Shown piece by piece: positions 11,061-23,700 of a DNA stretch of 64,000 bases. The notes beneath the pieces are model-generated. The model was not told where the DNA came from. It ran no database searches and was given only the letters and a program-made list of their open reading frames with translations. This DNA is from Vicugna vicugna (taxonomy: Eukaryota), in NCBI GenBank assembly GCA_013265495.1, contig MU063101.1, forward strand, positions 3,458,276 to 3,522,275, read 5' to 3'. Positions within the stretch are counted from its first letter, which is position 1. The number at the start of each line of letters is the position of its first letter. The translations under genes were made by a program, and so were the position numbers.

Positions 11061-11973
11061 TGTAAATTGCTGACTTCAGTAGCAAACACAGTAGACAGAA
11101 GGGTCCAGGCATTTATTTCCAAAGGTTGATTTCCCTTGACTCTGGAATTCTGATCTTTTACCAGCATCTAATTTATTTCCAAACTGTTGGGGTGAAATTG
11201 CCAAAAGTTGAAAAATGCATTGTGAGCTGGTAGGATTTGATTTTGAAGGTGGGGATAACAGAGCCTGTGGTGGAAGCTTGGTCTCCTTACATATTTTAAT
11301 TCAAAATGGGACTGGAAAAGGCCACAAAGGATGAAGGTTGTCATTCAGATGCCCAGGCTGGAAGGCCTGACTCTGACGGCTTGTTCTGGAAACTGAACAG
11401 AAAGGCAGCGTTGTAAACCCAGTGTGAAGGGAGCTGAGGTGTTATCAAATGGGGCCGAGTGTCACTTCTCTGGGTTAGAAATGTTGTTTTCCATTCGCTG
11501 GGAAAAAAACAGTCCAAGTTCATTGTCCTGACACAGAACCCTGTTTCTTCTTTTATGCTGAGAGTTTGCAAGTTAGGGTCTTGATAGAGATGCTCCTGAA
11601 CCATCCAGCTAATAAAAGGCCACTGAGCATCTCCAACAGGGCCTGTTTTACCATTTAGCTGTCAGAAGTGTCCAGATGCATCTAATAGAAAGTAGAGAGA
11701 AAGGAGCTGGTCCCATGCTTGCAAAATCTCCAATGCAAAATTAAGATTGTGTTTCAGGACTGTCTGATGTTACAGGATTGTCTCATGAGGGATGCAGGTA
11801 CTGCTGTGTTGACTAAGCACATCAGCATATGCCTCTTAGTGCCTTAAAATTCAGTTATTGTACAATCTATCTCATATGGAACGATTTTGGTGTATCAAAA
11901 GCAGAGGGAAAATCATATGGAGTGAGTAGAAAAAAATTTTTTTAAATAATAACAGAGTACTTGATGGTGTTTT

Positions 11974-12461
11974 TGTTACAGAATCACACTTGGGTCCACT
12001 TGCCCACACGTGATAAAGCCAATCAACTGACACCAGGTTGGGATGAAGGGAAGTGCAGCATTTATTGCAGGCACCAAGCAAGGAGTCCAGGTAGCTTGTA
12101 CTGAAAACACCCAAATTCCTCATTGGGTTTCAGCAAAGCATTTTTAAAGGCCAGGTGAGGGAGGGGCACCTCAGTGTGTGATCTGCTGATGCACAGTCCT
12201 CTGACTGATGGCACAGTAACAGGGCAGAGTCACGGGGGTTAACGTTATCAATCCTTGGGCACCTGTATGTCTGGCCATTGGCTGCTCATGGTCATCAAGT
12301 AGTTAGCATCTTCCATTTGGTGGGCGTTTTAGCATATGTACAACAACTCAGGAAGTGCGCATCAGATACCATTACCTGGGTACTTCAGACAGGAGCTAAA
12401 GCAAAGGGCATGGGGGGAGGGTCTGTCCCTGGAAGACCCCAGAGCGTCCTGCTCAGTTACA
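11974..12461 (-). mobile_element. Solo LTR, ERV1-class (488 bp)
   Basis: TG...CA termini (TGTTACA at 11974; GTTACA ending 12461), 4-bp TSD TTTT (11970-11973 and 12462-12465), and AATAAA on the minus strand at 12061-12066. Confidence 0.75.
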
Positions 12462-12884
12462 TTTTGAAAGCTACATACACTAGATTTAGACTGTAGAAAA
12501 TGGAAATTTATTTTTAAAGGCTGCTAGATTTATGCTGAAATAATTAGGATGACTTCCACCCAGGAGATTTTTAGGACCATTTCAAGGTTGTCATTGAAAA
12601 TAAATCGTTCAGTGCAATTGATTTCATGCCAGTTGCACCCCGATATCCCAGGACGGATTGTTTTCTGTGCCTGGCCCTGTGCTTGCTGTTTATTTAAATC
12701 TAAACTATTAGTAAGTTAATTCACTAATTAATCAAGGAACTAAATGGCTAGCTAGCTCTTTGCGTGTGACAGGCCCTGTGCTAGGCGCCGTGGTTCAAAG
12801 GCGAACAGTCACAGCTGGGCACTCAGAGTGGTCATGGACCAATGGGAGGATAAGGATGGCGGGGTTCCAACTGGGAAGAACTGG

Positions 12885-13030
12885 GGCTCAGGCTGCCTGG
12901 GGTAAGGTCTGAGATTCCCTGCTCACTGGCCAGGTCATGCCTGGTGGGTCACTGAGCCTCTGAGGTCTCAGCTTCCTCATCTGCAGAATAGAGACGATAA
13001 GAATAGCTACTGTGTACTGAGTGCTTACTC
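12885..13030 (+). mobile_element. MIR fragment
   Basis: GGTCACTGAGCCTCTGAGGTCTCAGCTTCCTCATCTGCAGAATAGAGACGATAAGAATAGCTAC. Confidence 0.7.
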
Positions 13031-13084
13031 TCCTTTCGCCTTTTCCATGAATTAATTGATACATTTCTTAGAATAACCCCATAC

Positions 13085-13215
13085 AGTTGCCATTTTTATT
13101 TCTATCCCCATTTTACAGAAAAGACATCGAAATGGAGTTTGCCCAAGCTCATAGTCACCTGTTGGTGAACTCAGGATTTCAAACCCAGATTCAAATCCAA
13201 ATTCTGGAATTTGTT
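13085..13215 (-). mobile_element. MIR fragment
   Basis: TATCCCCATTTTACAGAAAAG ... TTGCCCAAGCTCATAGTCACC ... CAGGATTTCAAACCCAGATT. Confidence 0.75.
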
Positions 13216-13342
13216 CCCGGAACCATTCCTCTAATAGGGCATAGGGCAGGGGCACTAAATGAGATGATTCACACGAAGCGCTTAGTACGATGCCTGAGGA
13301 TCAGTCCTCAAAAGATAGTATTTCCATTGGCTAAATACTAAC

Positions 13343-13858
13343 TGTCAAATGAAAAAAAAAAAAGCACAACCTACAAGTTGAGAGCTATGTTTTATTCGTG
13401 GACTTTCTGAGGAATTAAGCCTGGGAGGCAGCCTCTCTGTCTGATCTAAGGGACTGGGCTGGAGGGGTAGAGGAGGAACCAGGATATAGAGGATTTTTTT
13501 GCAATGAAGACCAGGTAGTTGGAACATCAAAAGATTATTGTTAAAGAAAACCAGGCATCTCAAGTTAATGAATTTAGTGCTTTTCTGTGTATGGGAAGGT
13601 GCAAGAGTCTGGGCTCATTGAAATCACTCCTTTGATGTGCACCTTAGCTCTCTAAGTGTCCTGTTCTCTCCCATCCTAAGTGCCCTCTGGTACACCGTTG
13701 CAGGTGGCTGCAGTGGCTGAGGGCTTGGCAGCGGGCAGCCCGTGTGTCTCCATCCTGAGTTCCCTCAGGGCTCATTGTCAGGGCGGCTGAAATGTGATGG
13801 CTTGATGGCTGCAACATCCTTTGTTTATTCACATGGCTGGCAACATTTTTCATCCACA
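13343..13858 (-). mobile_element. Solo LTR, ERV1-class (516 bp)
   Basis: TG...CA termini (TGTCAAATG at 13343; CATCCACA ending 13858), perfect 4-bp TSD TAAC (13339-13342 and 13859-13862), and AATAAA on the minus strand at 13391-13396. Confidence 0.8.
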
Positions 13859-16800
13859 TAACATATAGCATTCTAGTTAGCACATTCATCTTATAAGTAC
13901 AGAAGACTTCAAAGTACAGCAAGGTAGATGTCTCCAAGAGGGTGGGGTCCGTTCTACTTGACAGGCAGAGTCAGTAAAGGCTGCCTAGTAAAGATGTCAC
14001 TAGGCTGAGTCTTAAGACCCAAGGGTTCAGTCAGGACTACAGAACCAGTGCACATCACGTACTGATGCTGTTGCCAAGCCCAGAACATGCAGAACACGTT
14101 GACCCTGCCTGCGTGGAGTTGATACTTCAGTGGCACATCACTTAGGGAGCAAAGAACAAATTAACCGGAACGACCAATGAGACCACGAGGAAGTCTCCCA
14201 GGATTGGCGGTCTTCCAAATGGGGCCTGTAGTCACTGTGGGGCAGATGTGGTCTTCATCTCAGTGGGCTCTGATCAAGTCCATATGTCTCCGGCAGTTCT
14301 GGCGAGTTTCCCTGTTCTCTGTACGGAGACGAGCTACTGCTCGTGTGTTGGCCAAGGAAGACCGGTGGCCCTTGAAACAGAAAAAGGGGGGAATGGCTAC
14401 ATGCCAACCCAAGAGACCACTGCATTCTTGGCCATAAATGGAACTACTGAGATGCATAGGATATCATAAAAAGGACATTTAACCTAATCCTATTTTGGAT
14501 GAGATTTTTATCACAAACAGAACACACAATGGCCAGCAGGCTTATCTTTCTATTTGATTTCACTCCTGAAAAATGTGTTATTGGTGAGGGCTGGCTGGAC
14601 TCCATACGGCCCCTCCCTCCCAGGTCTCCCTTCCCTAGTGGGGGTGCTGTCTGTTCCGCAGATGACAAGGATGATGCAGCAGGACTGCTGCTGGCCACTC
14701 CCTTTCTCAAGGTCATGTGGGAGAGGAAGACACAAAAGATCAGCAGCAAAGGAAGATGCATGACTCCTAAGAGCCATGGGGCTTGGAGTGAAATAGAGGT
14801 CTGGAAAAAAAATATTAGTTTTGTAAATGAGGGAAGCATGAAAACCCAAGAATAGGAGTTTCAGAACCTAGCCGTGTTTTAGGATCTAGCCTCTCGTCTC
14901 TGAAAAATTAGAATGTCGTTTGTGTTATTCCATGGAAATGAGATCTAGCCAATACTTTCATTTATGGAATTTTAAGGACTAGCCCTGAATGTCATCATCC
15001 CAGGTAAGCCTAGAGTCGAGTACAAGGGGGGACACCCAGAGGAACGTAAATCAATTCTTGAACGATGGTGTATTAAATGATAACCTTGTCATATTTAAAG
15101 TCACACTGGAAGGATATATTGAGGTTTTGTTCCTTTCATGGTCTCAGCCTCAGTGAATTAATTCAAGGAGTCTTAACTTTTCAAAAACAGGGCACGGATG
15201 ATCAAACTGCAGTGTCTCCGTGTGCTCTCCCCCCGCCCAGACCCAACACTTGCAAAAACACACGTCCGTGCACCCGCCTCCTCCGGCTTTGCAGGAAGAA
15301 ACCGTGTTTTAGATGACTGGCACCAGAACCTCAGATGGCTTTATGTGTTACGTTTTTCAGAAACAAGGCAGCATGGCAACGTGGACAGAGTACGCCTGGG
15401 AATCGGATTCAGGCAGAATTCTGTCCGGTCCCGGTGTTGAGACGTCTAGTTGGGGGATCCAGCTCAAGAATAATTCCCTCCTTGCAAAACCGGTCATGAG
15501 AGATCATCTAAATAAAGCCCCAGGGGGTGTTCAGTGGCATTTCATTAATACAGAAATGATACAGTATTTATTCGGGACGGCTCCTTGCCACATGTCACAG
15601 CATCCGGAGGTCGGGAGGCAATTTTTGGGGGTGTTCTGAGTTTGTTTGTTAGTTTCATTAGCAGGTACCTACCCCCTTCTCTCTCTCTCTCTCTTTCTGG
15701 AGTTTCTCCATCTCTCTCTTTGTCCTGCAAACACCCCCCTGCTTATCTCTTTAAAACAGAAAAAAGTCCTTTAGAACGGTGCAAGGTTATGACTTATAAT
15801 GCCTTTAAAACAAAACAGAATGAAACCAAAAATCTCTGGACGGAGTGTCTGGCACGCTTTGCAGAAGTTAAGCACCCTCGAGCCTCTTTAATTCTAAACT
15901 CAGTTCTGACTATGCTGCTTGTACTCACGTCAGTGGCTTTCCAAAAGAGAGCGTCCCGATTGTTCACGTGGCCAAGAGAAACAGCCTTAATTCTTTATCA
16001 CATAAATATGCTTCAAACCGCGATTTAAAACAGATGGACGGAGAACCGTCTTAATGGTCAAGTTACCAAACAGGCCACGGATCCCCACTTTCGGCCTCCT
16101 GGGTATTGCCCGGGTCTGCTCCCTAGCCGGGATCCCACCCGTCCTGGCAGGCGCAGGGCTCTGCAGAGCTTTTCCTTCCGGCTTTGCATGAGGCTTTTTA
16201 CAAAGAAGCTGCCTACATGTGAATGGCCTTTCCAGGGGTTGTCTCTAGCTCTGCAGGCGTCCATAAAAACCCCTCTCATTTAGCACGCTGCGTGCCTGGG
16301 TTTATTATTTTTTTTAAACAACTTTATTTATGTAATTAAGCGAGTGAAGTCATACATTTTATTGATCTCATGAAACGCATTGCCTGGTTTCTCCTGCCGG
16401 TCATCTTCTGACCTTGTCCTTCAGAGCACAGTGCCTTCCAGACCATTTAACCATTTAATACCTTTCCGGCTTTCCACATTTGACATCCCCCTCCAAATGA
16501 AGAAGGAACCCTGACGTCTGCTTCTGGAAGCGGGGTAAAGATGGCAGTTGAGAACGAGCAGTGATACCAGCTCAAATGCTGGGAGGGGTAAGAAATCCTT
16601 AAAACCAGAGGGGTGTGTTTCTGGTGCCGAGGCACAGAACAGGTGGTTCTCATTTGAGTCTATTTAAACTGCAGCTCCTTAAATATGCCTTTCTTTCCCC
16701 TTCATTCTATTTTTTTATTATTTTAATGGAGTACGAGGTGCAGTCTTTTTGATGCTGTGGAATGTGGCCTTATAAAAGCTAAGCACTGCCATATATTTCT

Positions 16801-17919
16801 CCCGTTCTTGCCCGTGGCCCACGCTGGGGAGCTGTATATTGTATCAGTAATTTTAAAAACCGCAAATGTTCTCCCAGTTCATGAAATTTTCCTAACGGTA
16901 GCTGTTCAAACATATTATTTAACTAGGCATACAGAATTGAGGTAAAACACGGAAAGGAAGGGAGTGGCATAGGTCAGTCCTCTACATATATTTTTTTTTT
17001 TTTCCAAAAGCCTTGACCTTCAAAAAGGGCAAAATCACAGGATGATGTTTTGGCATTTGGCAGGGAGGGGATTCATATAAAAGTTGACCAGTTCAGATAC
17101 ATTTTCGAGAAGAAAAGTGTTAGGAGGAGACGTATGAGCCGTGATCTGACGCTGGATGGTCTACGGCAGCCTGGAGGAGCCTGGAGGAAGAGTTGGTTCC
17201 ATCCCAGCATGCCTCCCATGGTCGCAGAAATTGGGTCGTCAGTAGGAAGGAAGGAAATGGGTTAATTAAAAGGCATAAGCTGTAGAAATACTGAACTCCT
17301 ATGCTGTCCACCTGAAGTTAACAAGATGTCAATCAGCTGTACTTCAATTTTAAAAAAGGCACAGGATGATCTGGGCGAGGCTACATTTGGCCGTTCTCAG
17401 CAGAGATAATAATTATAAATATCTTAGAAGGTTTTTGAATTCTCATAAATGAACGGAAAAAGGAGGAATCCAACTAACTTTAAACATCTACTAAGTGTGG
17501 TAGACTTTATAGAAGTACCACACTCACACATAGAGACATTTAGGTCATTCCCCCACAAGGACCGTATTCTTACCAAATTTTCCTGAAGGAAACCAGGGCT
17601 CCGAGAAGTGAAGCAGCTCGGCTACATTCACAGTGCACTCAGACCAGGGAATCAGGGTTCCAGCCCTGGCCTGACTGGCTCCAGGGATCTTTCTGTTCGT
17701 TTGACTCAGGATGCCCTAACGGGTCTCCCTCAGAGGTAGTTTGGAGAGAGGAAAGCAACTGGATTCTCTCCGGAAGTTACTCTGTAGGCAAGTGGATTAA
17801 ATGTCACCAATAACATGTTCAAAACAGGCTTTGTGTGTGTAGACACGAGCTACACCCATTTAGAAAGTAGGATCATTTGAAACTGAAATGAGGATTTCTG
17901 TAGTTCTCCCTGGGTTTCT

Positions 17920-19150
17920 TTTCCTCTCTTATAAAAACTAAGTAAAAGTGATACACATACAGGGTTAGAACAGAAGCCACACTGAAAGATATAAAATTAA
18001 AAAAAGAAAAAACAATTCCCTTCTTGTCTGCCCCTCCAATCTTTAGCCTCCAAAATCATCTCCTCCAAAAGTCACCTGGGTTGACAGTGTATTGTTGACC
18101 TTGCCACAAATAATGGGAGGCATCTATATGTGTGTGTGTACCTTTAATTTATGTGTATGGTCTCAATTGATACACATCATTCTATACTTTTCATGTCTCC
18201 TTAATTTTATAAATTATTTCCTTGCATTCCTGTATATCTACCTAATTCTTTTAAAAGACCACATAGTATTCCATTGTATGTCTGTACCATCATGGATTTA
18301 TCTAATCATCTATGAAAGGATATGTAAATTATTTCTAATCTGTAGCTTTTATAAACTATGCTGCAGAAAATATCTTTTAATGTTTACTATGGCCTACTTT
18401 GGCATATGTGTTAGTATATGGAGTAAATTTCCTAGAAATTCAGTTGCTGGATCTGTGAAATATGCCTTAAATTTTTGGTAGGTATTTCAAAACTGACCTC
18501 CCCAAATGTTTTTACACACCCACCAATTTAAGTATCTGTATTCCACACACGTGCTGATTTGGAGACTGATCATTTTGAAAACTGTGTCATAGCCAGTCAT
18601 GAAAAAAATATCTCGCCATAATTTGTTTTCAATAGAGGTATAGTTGATTTACAGTGTTATGTTAGTTTCAGGTGTAGACCAAGTGATTCAGTTACACAGA
18701 TTCTTTTTCATTATAGGTTATTATAGATACTGAATATAGTTCCCTGTGCTACATGGTAGGTCCTTTTTTTCTATATTTCATATTTAGTAGTGGGTATCTG
18801 TTAATCCTGAACTCCTCATTTATCCCTCCCTCACCATCATTTTTTAAATTTCACTTTTTAATTGTGGATGCAGTTGAGATGTGGCGGATTTTTTGGTTTC
18901 CATTGGCCATTTTCATTTCTTCTTTTCTGAGCTGCCTGTCCATGTTCTTGGTCCAGTTTCCTATTAAATTGTTCTTATTTATTGGTGAAAGCTCCATGCA
19001 AATGAAGAGACCAGTCCTCCTCCATCTGTTGTAAATTTCTTTTCCGTCATTTATTTTCAACTTTGTCTTGTATTTTCAAGTGGCGGTTTTAATTTTATGT
19101 ATTCAAATATCGTTTGACTGTGTGAGTGAGTTTGGGAGAATGCCACTTAG
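17920..19150 (-). mobile_element. Old L1ME-type fragment interrupted by a younger L1 3' end
   Basis: CCACATAGTATTCCATTGTATG ... GTAAATTTCCTAGAAATTCAGTTGCTGGATC ... TTGGCCATTTTCATTTCTTCTTTTCTGAGCTGCCTGTCCATG. Confidence 0.7.
18622..18832 (-). mobile_element. Young cetartiodactyl-type L1 3' end
   Basis: GTATAGTTGATTTACAGTGTTATGTTAGTTTCAGGTGTA ... TGAATATAGTTCCCTGTGCTAC ... AATCCTGAACTCCTCATTTATCCCTCCC; same family as 1566-1790 and 42913-43220. Confidence 0.85.
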
Positions 19151-20394
19151 GTATTATAGTTTCAAACGTCAGTGTCTAACTGTCCACCCTACCTGAACAG
19201 GAAATATTTGTACCTGAAAGTGTCCCTGAAAGTGTCCAAGTGAGACTCAGGAAAGACAAGAGGTAGGGCTGTTACAGCTCTGCCACTGTTTACTCGCATG
19301 GATGTGAAACTGTCACTGAGAGAAGTATCAGGAACACGGGGCCAGCAGTGGAAAGCCAGCCTTATGTCCCCTGATGGGCGGACAGAGCGTGGACTCCAGA
19401 GACAGGCTGGACACCAATTTTTCATGTCTTTTCAGTATGTGACCTGGGGCAGAGGACTAAATGTGGCCACCCCAGCTCCCCGAGTCACCACGGAATGATG
19501 ATCTCTCTTGTAGCAAACAGTTCAGCAGGCGCGTGCCAGGAGCTTCTTGGCCATTTCCAGAATATATGTAATCATGTCTATAATAGGTAATGTGAAATAC
19601 ATATGTCAACTGTCCAAACTGGGGGAGATAGTAGATAAATCCATTAAATTACGTTAATCCTTCCCCCTACCTTAAAGAAGATAGGTGGGGAAACAGAGGT
19701 GTCAGCTGGGGGAAGACGGCTCAGTAGGGACCATGGTGACGTTTTATTACCATAAACTGCCAAGGGTTGGGAGCAATTCTCTGTCTACAGCTAATTCCAC
19801 TTTCATTAATACGAATACCCTCAAGCTTCAGGAAGGAAATTCCTTGAATGTTAGGGATCTCTGGGGCGGCACATGCGGGACGTAATGTCCCTGCTAGTCA
19901 TGAGGCACTTTTATCCCCCGTCCCGTAGCATCCGTACCTGTGGCGTGTGTTTCCGAGGTAGTCTTCATAAAAATCTGCCTGCTTCCTTTCAGAAGAAAAG
20001 GAGGACATCAAATTCGTCAGGAGCTAAGGGGCTGGACCATCTTAGCAAGATTTATCAAAAGAAAATCCATGTACGTTAGCCGTGACTTAGTACACGTTGT
20101 ATTTGAATCCAGTTTCGTCATAGCTGATCACTTGGGAAAGATTTGGCCATTAAGCATTTGCAGATAGAATTCACTTAAGAATGCTCTGGAATGTCAGAGA
20201 GTCGAGGTGGTAGTCCAGGTTGTTGGCTTTCTCTCACTCAGAATGACATGCTTGACCTCTGACATAACCCTGAGGCAACCTTGTGGAATTTTTAGAATGT
20301 ATTTGTTTGTTAGCGGTTTGTTTTGAACATCTTCACCTTTGGCTCAGACTTGCCATAATGGGGAAGAGTGTTGACATCGGGAGAGAGAAATGGT

Positions 20395-20756
20395 CTTCTT
20401 CCCCTCCCCCTCCNNNNNNNNNNNNNNNNNNNNNNNNNNNNNNNNNNNNNNNNNNNNNNNNNNNNNNNNNNNNNNNNNNNNNNNNNNNNNNNNNNNNNNN
20501 NNNNNNNNNNNNNNNNNNNNNNNNNNNNNNNNNNNNNNNNNCCTTCCTCCTTCTCCTCCCTCTCCTCGTCCACCTCCTTCTCCCATTTCTCCTCTCTTCC
20601 CCCTCCCCCTCCTCCCTTCTCCCTTTTACCCCTCTCCCTTCCTCCTTCCACCTCCTCCTCTTCCTCTCTTCTCTCCTTTAACCCCCCTCCCTCCTCTTCC
20701 CTTCTCCCCTCTACCCCCGCTTCCTCCCTCCTTTTCCTCCTCCCCTTCGCCGTCCT
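20395..20756 (+). repeat. C/T-rich low-complexity tract (CCT/CCCCT-rich) containing a 128-nt N-run
   Basis: Almost pure pyrimidine on +, with N at 20414-20541. Confidence 0.95.
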
Positions 20757-21469
20757 TAACGACTTCCAGGTGTGGCCATGGGTCGTGCTCCTGGCCCCCA
20801 TCCTGGGGATACTGGGTCTGTGCCTCCACAAACACAAAGCTGACATTGAGGGGTGACGGACATGACATAAGTACAAGATCGGGGGGAAAAACACTTTGAA
20901 GTTTTGCGGATGAATCGGTAAAAATCATTCTAGATGAAGACAGATCTATTTACATTCCAAGAAAGGAAAATGTTTGACGCAAACAGTTGCCTGGGACCCC
21001 GTGGGTTCTTGTTAATACCTTTCAGCCTTGTGATTGAAAGCCGGAGGCCTGTGATCTATGGCAGAGACCACGGCCAGAAATAATTCTCTGAGAACACTGC
21101 GTGTGCCTTCAAATGGTCCTGGACTGTTTTTCTTGGATATCCCACTTTCCGAAGACCAGAAGTTGTTTCAGGCAGTCATTAAAGTTGGGAAAGTTTTGAT
21201 GTTCTAAGAGCAAGGTGCTGTCCTCATAGGAAAATGTGTAATTAGTCTCCATCCGTTCACATGGAGGGGATGGCGTTGGTCCGCTTCTCAGCCTCGGCTT
21301 TTGGTGGCTCATCAGGGGACCCTTCTGTGCCTTTGCCAATGTCTTCCCTTCCCTTCTCCCCGGATGCCATTCCCATTTTGACTGAGCTTTCTTTCCCTGT
21401 TGGAAGAATTGCCTCCTTCCTCATTGGAGCCCCAGTCTGCAGTGGGCAGGCTAGAGAACACAGCTCCGG

Positions 21470-21600
21470 AGACAGACCTGGCTGAGAATCCTGGTTCTGC
21501 CCTCATTCATGGGACCTGAGCAGGTACATGTACCTGTGCCTCTTCTGTAAAGTGGATGCAACAAACTAGATGAGGGGTCCCCTGAATGAGAGCTGCCGTC
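21470..21600 (+). mobile_element. MIR fragment
   Basis: GACAGACCTGGCTGAGAATCCTGGTTCTGCC ... CCTGTGCCTCTTCTGTAAAGTGGATG. Confidence 0.65.
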
Positions 21601-23459
21601 ACCGATTCTAGCGTGATAACCTGCCTTCCTGTCCTGCTTGGCGGTCACCTCCCTCTCCATGAATTAGATGTGAGCCTCTGCGGGGTGAGCCCCACATCGC
21701 ATTCTTTGACTTTTCATTCGTCCCAGTGACCCAGGCACACAGTAGGTGCTCAGCATATGCAGCAGAGTAAATGAATTTTCCTAGATGCCTTGAAGGTTAT
21801 TCAGTTCCCCAGAGCAGAGAGAACAGGCTGGATGGCACGGGTAAGTTAGGCCGGGTGGGGCTCACAGGCGGTCCATTCACAGCCAGTCCTCCCCCATCTG
21901 TACATTCAACTCCCTGTAGTATTGATGCCCTTTCTCTCCTGAAATATGGCCAAAACTGCCCTGAACGGAGATAGATGGTCTCCCTTCAGTGTTCACACGC
22001 AGCTCTGTCTCATCCACCAGTTTCCCACGCCTCGTTCCCACTGTCTCGGGAAAGTAATAATAGTAACTCATAATAATAGTTCAAAATAATAATAATCATC
22101 CCTGGGATTTATATATCAGCGCTCCTCCAAAGAGGGCAAATAAACCATTTTGCACAATGCCGGCAGAAGGACAGGTCTTCTTTGTGCTGCTGCTGATCAG
22201 GTTAAGGCACGGAAGATTTACAGTCAGATTTCATCAGCCAGAGCACAGCAGTGGTGCCCCGTTGGCATCCGGGGATCTGGTTTAATGCTGTTCTCTTGGT
22301 TTTGCTTAAACTGCCAAGTGAATTACTGTAACTCACTTTGCCTGCAATTAATTTGACATCTAGTGCCAGAGAGCCTCTTCATGTTATTCAAGGCAGGCCA
22401 GGTTGAAATTTTTGAGAAAAGATTTCTCCATCATTTTTACTGATGTCTAAACATAGTTTCTTTAGCTTCCTTGGAATCTAGTTGTGGAAATAAATTGCTC
22501 GCTCTCTCTCTCTCTTTTTTTTTTTAAGCTTTTTTTTTTTCAGTTTTTGTTTTGTTTTGTTTTTTGTTTTCGTGTTTGTTTGTTTGGGGTGGGTGCTCAT
22601 CCCAGGAGCGGTAAAGTAAAAAAGCAGAAATGGCCCTTGAAAAATGTGCCTGGCCGTTTAGTTGCCTGAATGACTTTAGAGACAGTGTCTAGAACTGATA
22701 TTAATTCTGTGACGTGTTACATACAACATGTACCTAAGAGCCTCCCCATAAACTGTTTGAAAGAAGCAAGATTGTAATTCGCCAAATAGGGACTTTTCCA
22801 TTTTTGATCATTTTAGCACTAACATTGATTTCTGCTCTGGCAGCTGAACACAGTTCCAGCTGGGTTTTGCTGGGCTGTCAGCACCCAGGAGCCTGATAAA
22901 GCACTTTTGGATTTTTCATCCTTACACTGCCCCGTGGTCCCAACTCCGTGGGAAGCATTGAGCTCCTTCCCTGGTTGGGTTTTTGTTTGGTTTTGTTTGT
23001 TAGGTAAAGAACTTTACCTGCGGTCAAAAGAAACTGACGAAGTGCGCCAGTCCTGTCCAATAACATTTTAACTCAGTGGCTAAAACAAAAATGCCCTGTC
23101 GACACTTCGCCAAAATGCATGCCCCAAGCGGTCTAACACATGGTGTGGGTGGCGGATGATTTGGACCTGCTGTGTTTTTTGAGAAGGGACACATATGATG
23201 TGCTTGCTCTCGGCCCCTCCCTTCTTTGGTCCAGAGGGAGTCGGGATCGGTTCCCTGGGCTATTATCACTTGCTGTTGTTGCGAGTTTTCAAACTGCATT
23301 CATCCATGCCCCACAGCACTGGCACCTGAGATGCGCCATCCTTTTGGAGTTCAGCAGATTCTCTCTGTCTGAGAAATCAGCAGAAAACAATGCAGACTCT
23401 TCTTGATTTCCCCCGTGCTCACAAATCCCTCCCAGCCGTGCCTGCAACTCGGGGAGCGT

Positions 23460-23700
23460 GCAGGGTGCAGCAGGCAGCCAGCCACACAGTAATTAACAAA
23501 CACCACCCCCAAATTCTTTAGATCTAAATTTATGGGCCAGTCGGCTTCAGAGAACATCTCACTCATATGAAGCAGGACATTATCTTTTGTCTATTAAACA
23601 TAAGCTTTCAAGATGAGTTGTGCCGAGATGTCATCACACGCTGTTTCATTATGCTGACGTTTATACTTCTGACTAAGGGGAGAGGCTCTTCTTCTCTACA
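23460..23700. promoter_or_regulatory. Candidate enhancer (homeodomain/FOX/CRE cores)
   Basis: Repeat-free; TAATTA 23490-23495 overlapping AACAAACA, TTTATGG 23529-23535, TGACGT 23655-23660. Confidence 0.35.

Noticed and set aside
11974-13858. Single provirus bounded by two LTRs
   Set aside because: The two LTRs are not similar to each other, each has its own TSD, and the interval contains MIRs rather than gag/pol.
20283-20928. Several 100-194-aa ORFs (Pro/Ser/Leu- or Glu/Gly/Arg-rich)
   Set aside because: These are products of the C/T low-complexity tract and the N-run.
22500-22590. Long pyrimidine tract ending TTTTCAG as a possible 3' splice site
   Set aside because: It is a simple-repeat tract, with no downstream donor or coding signal.
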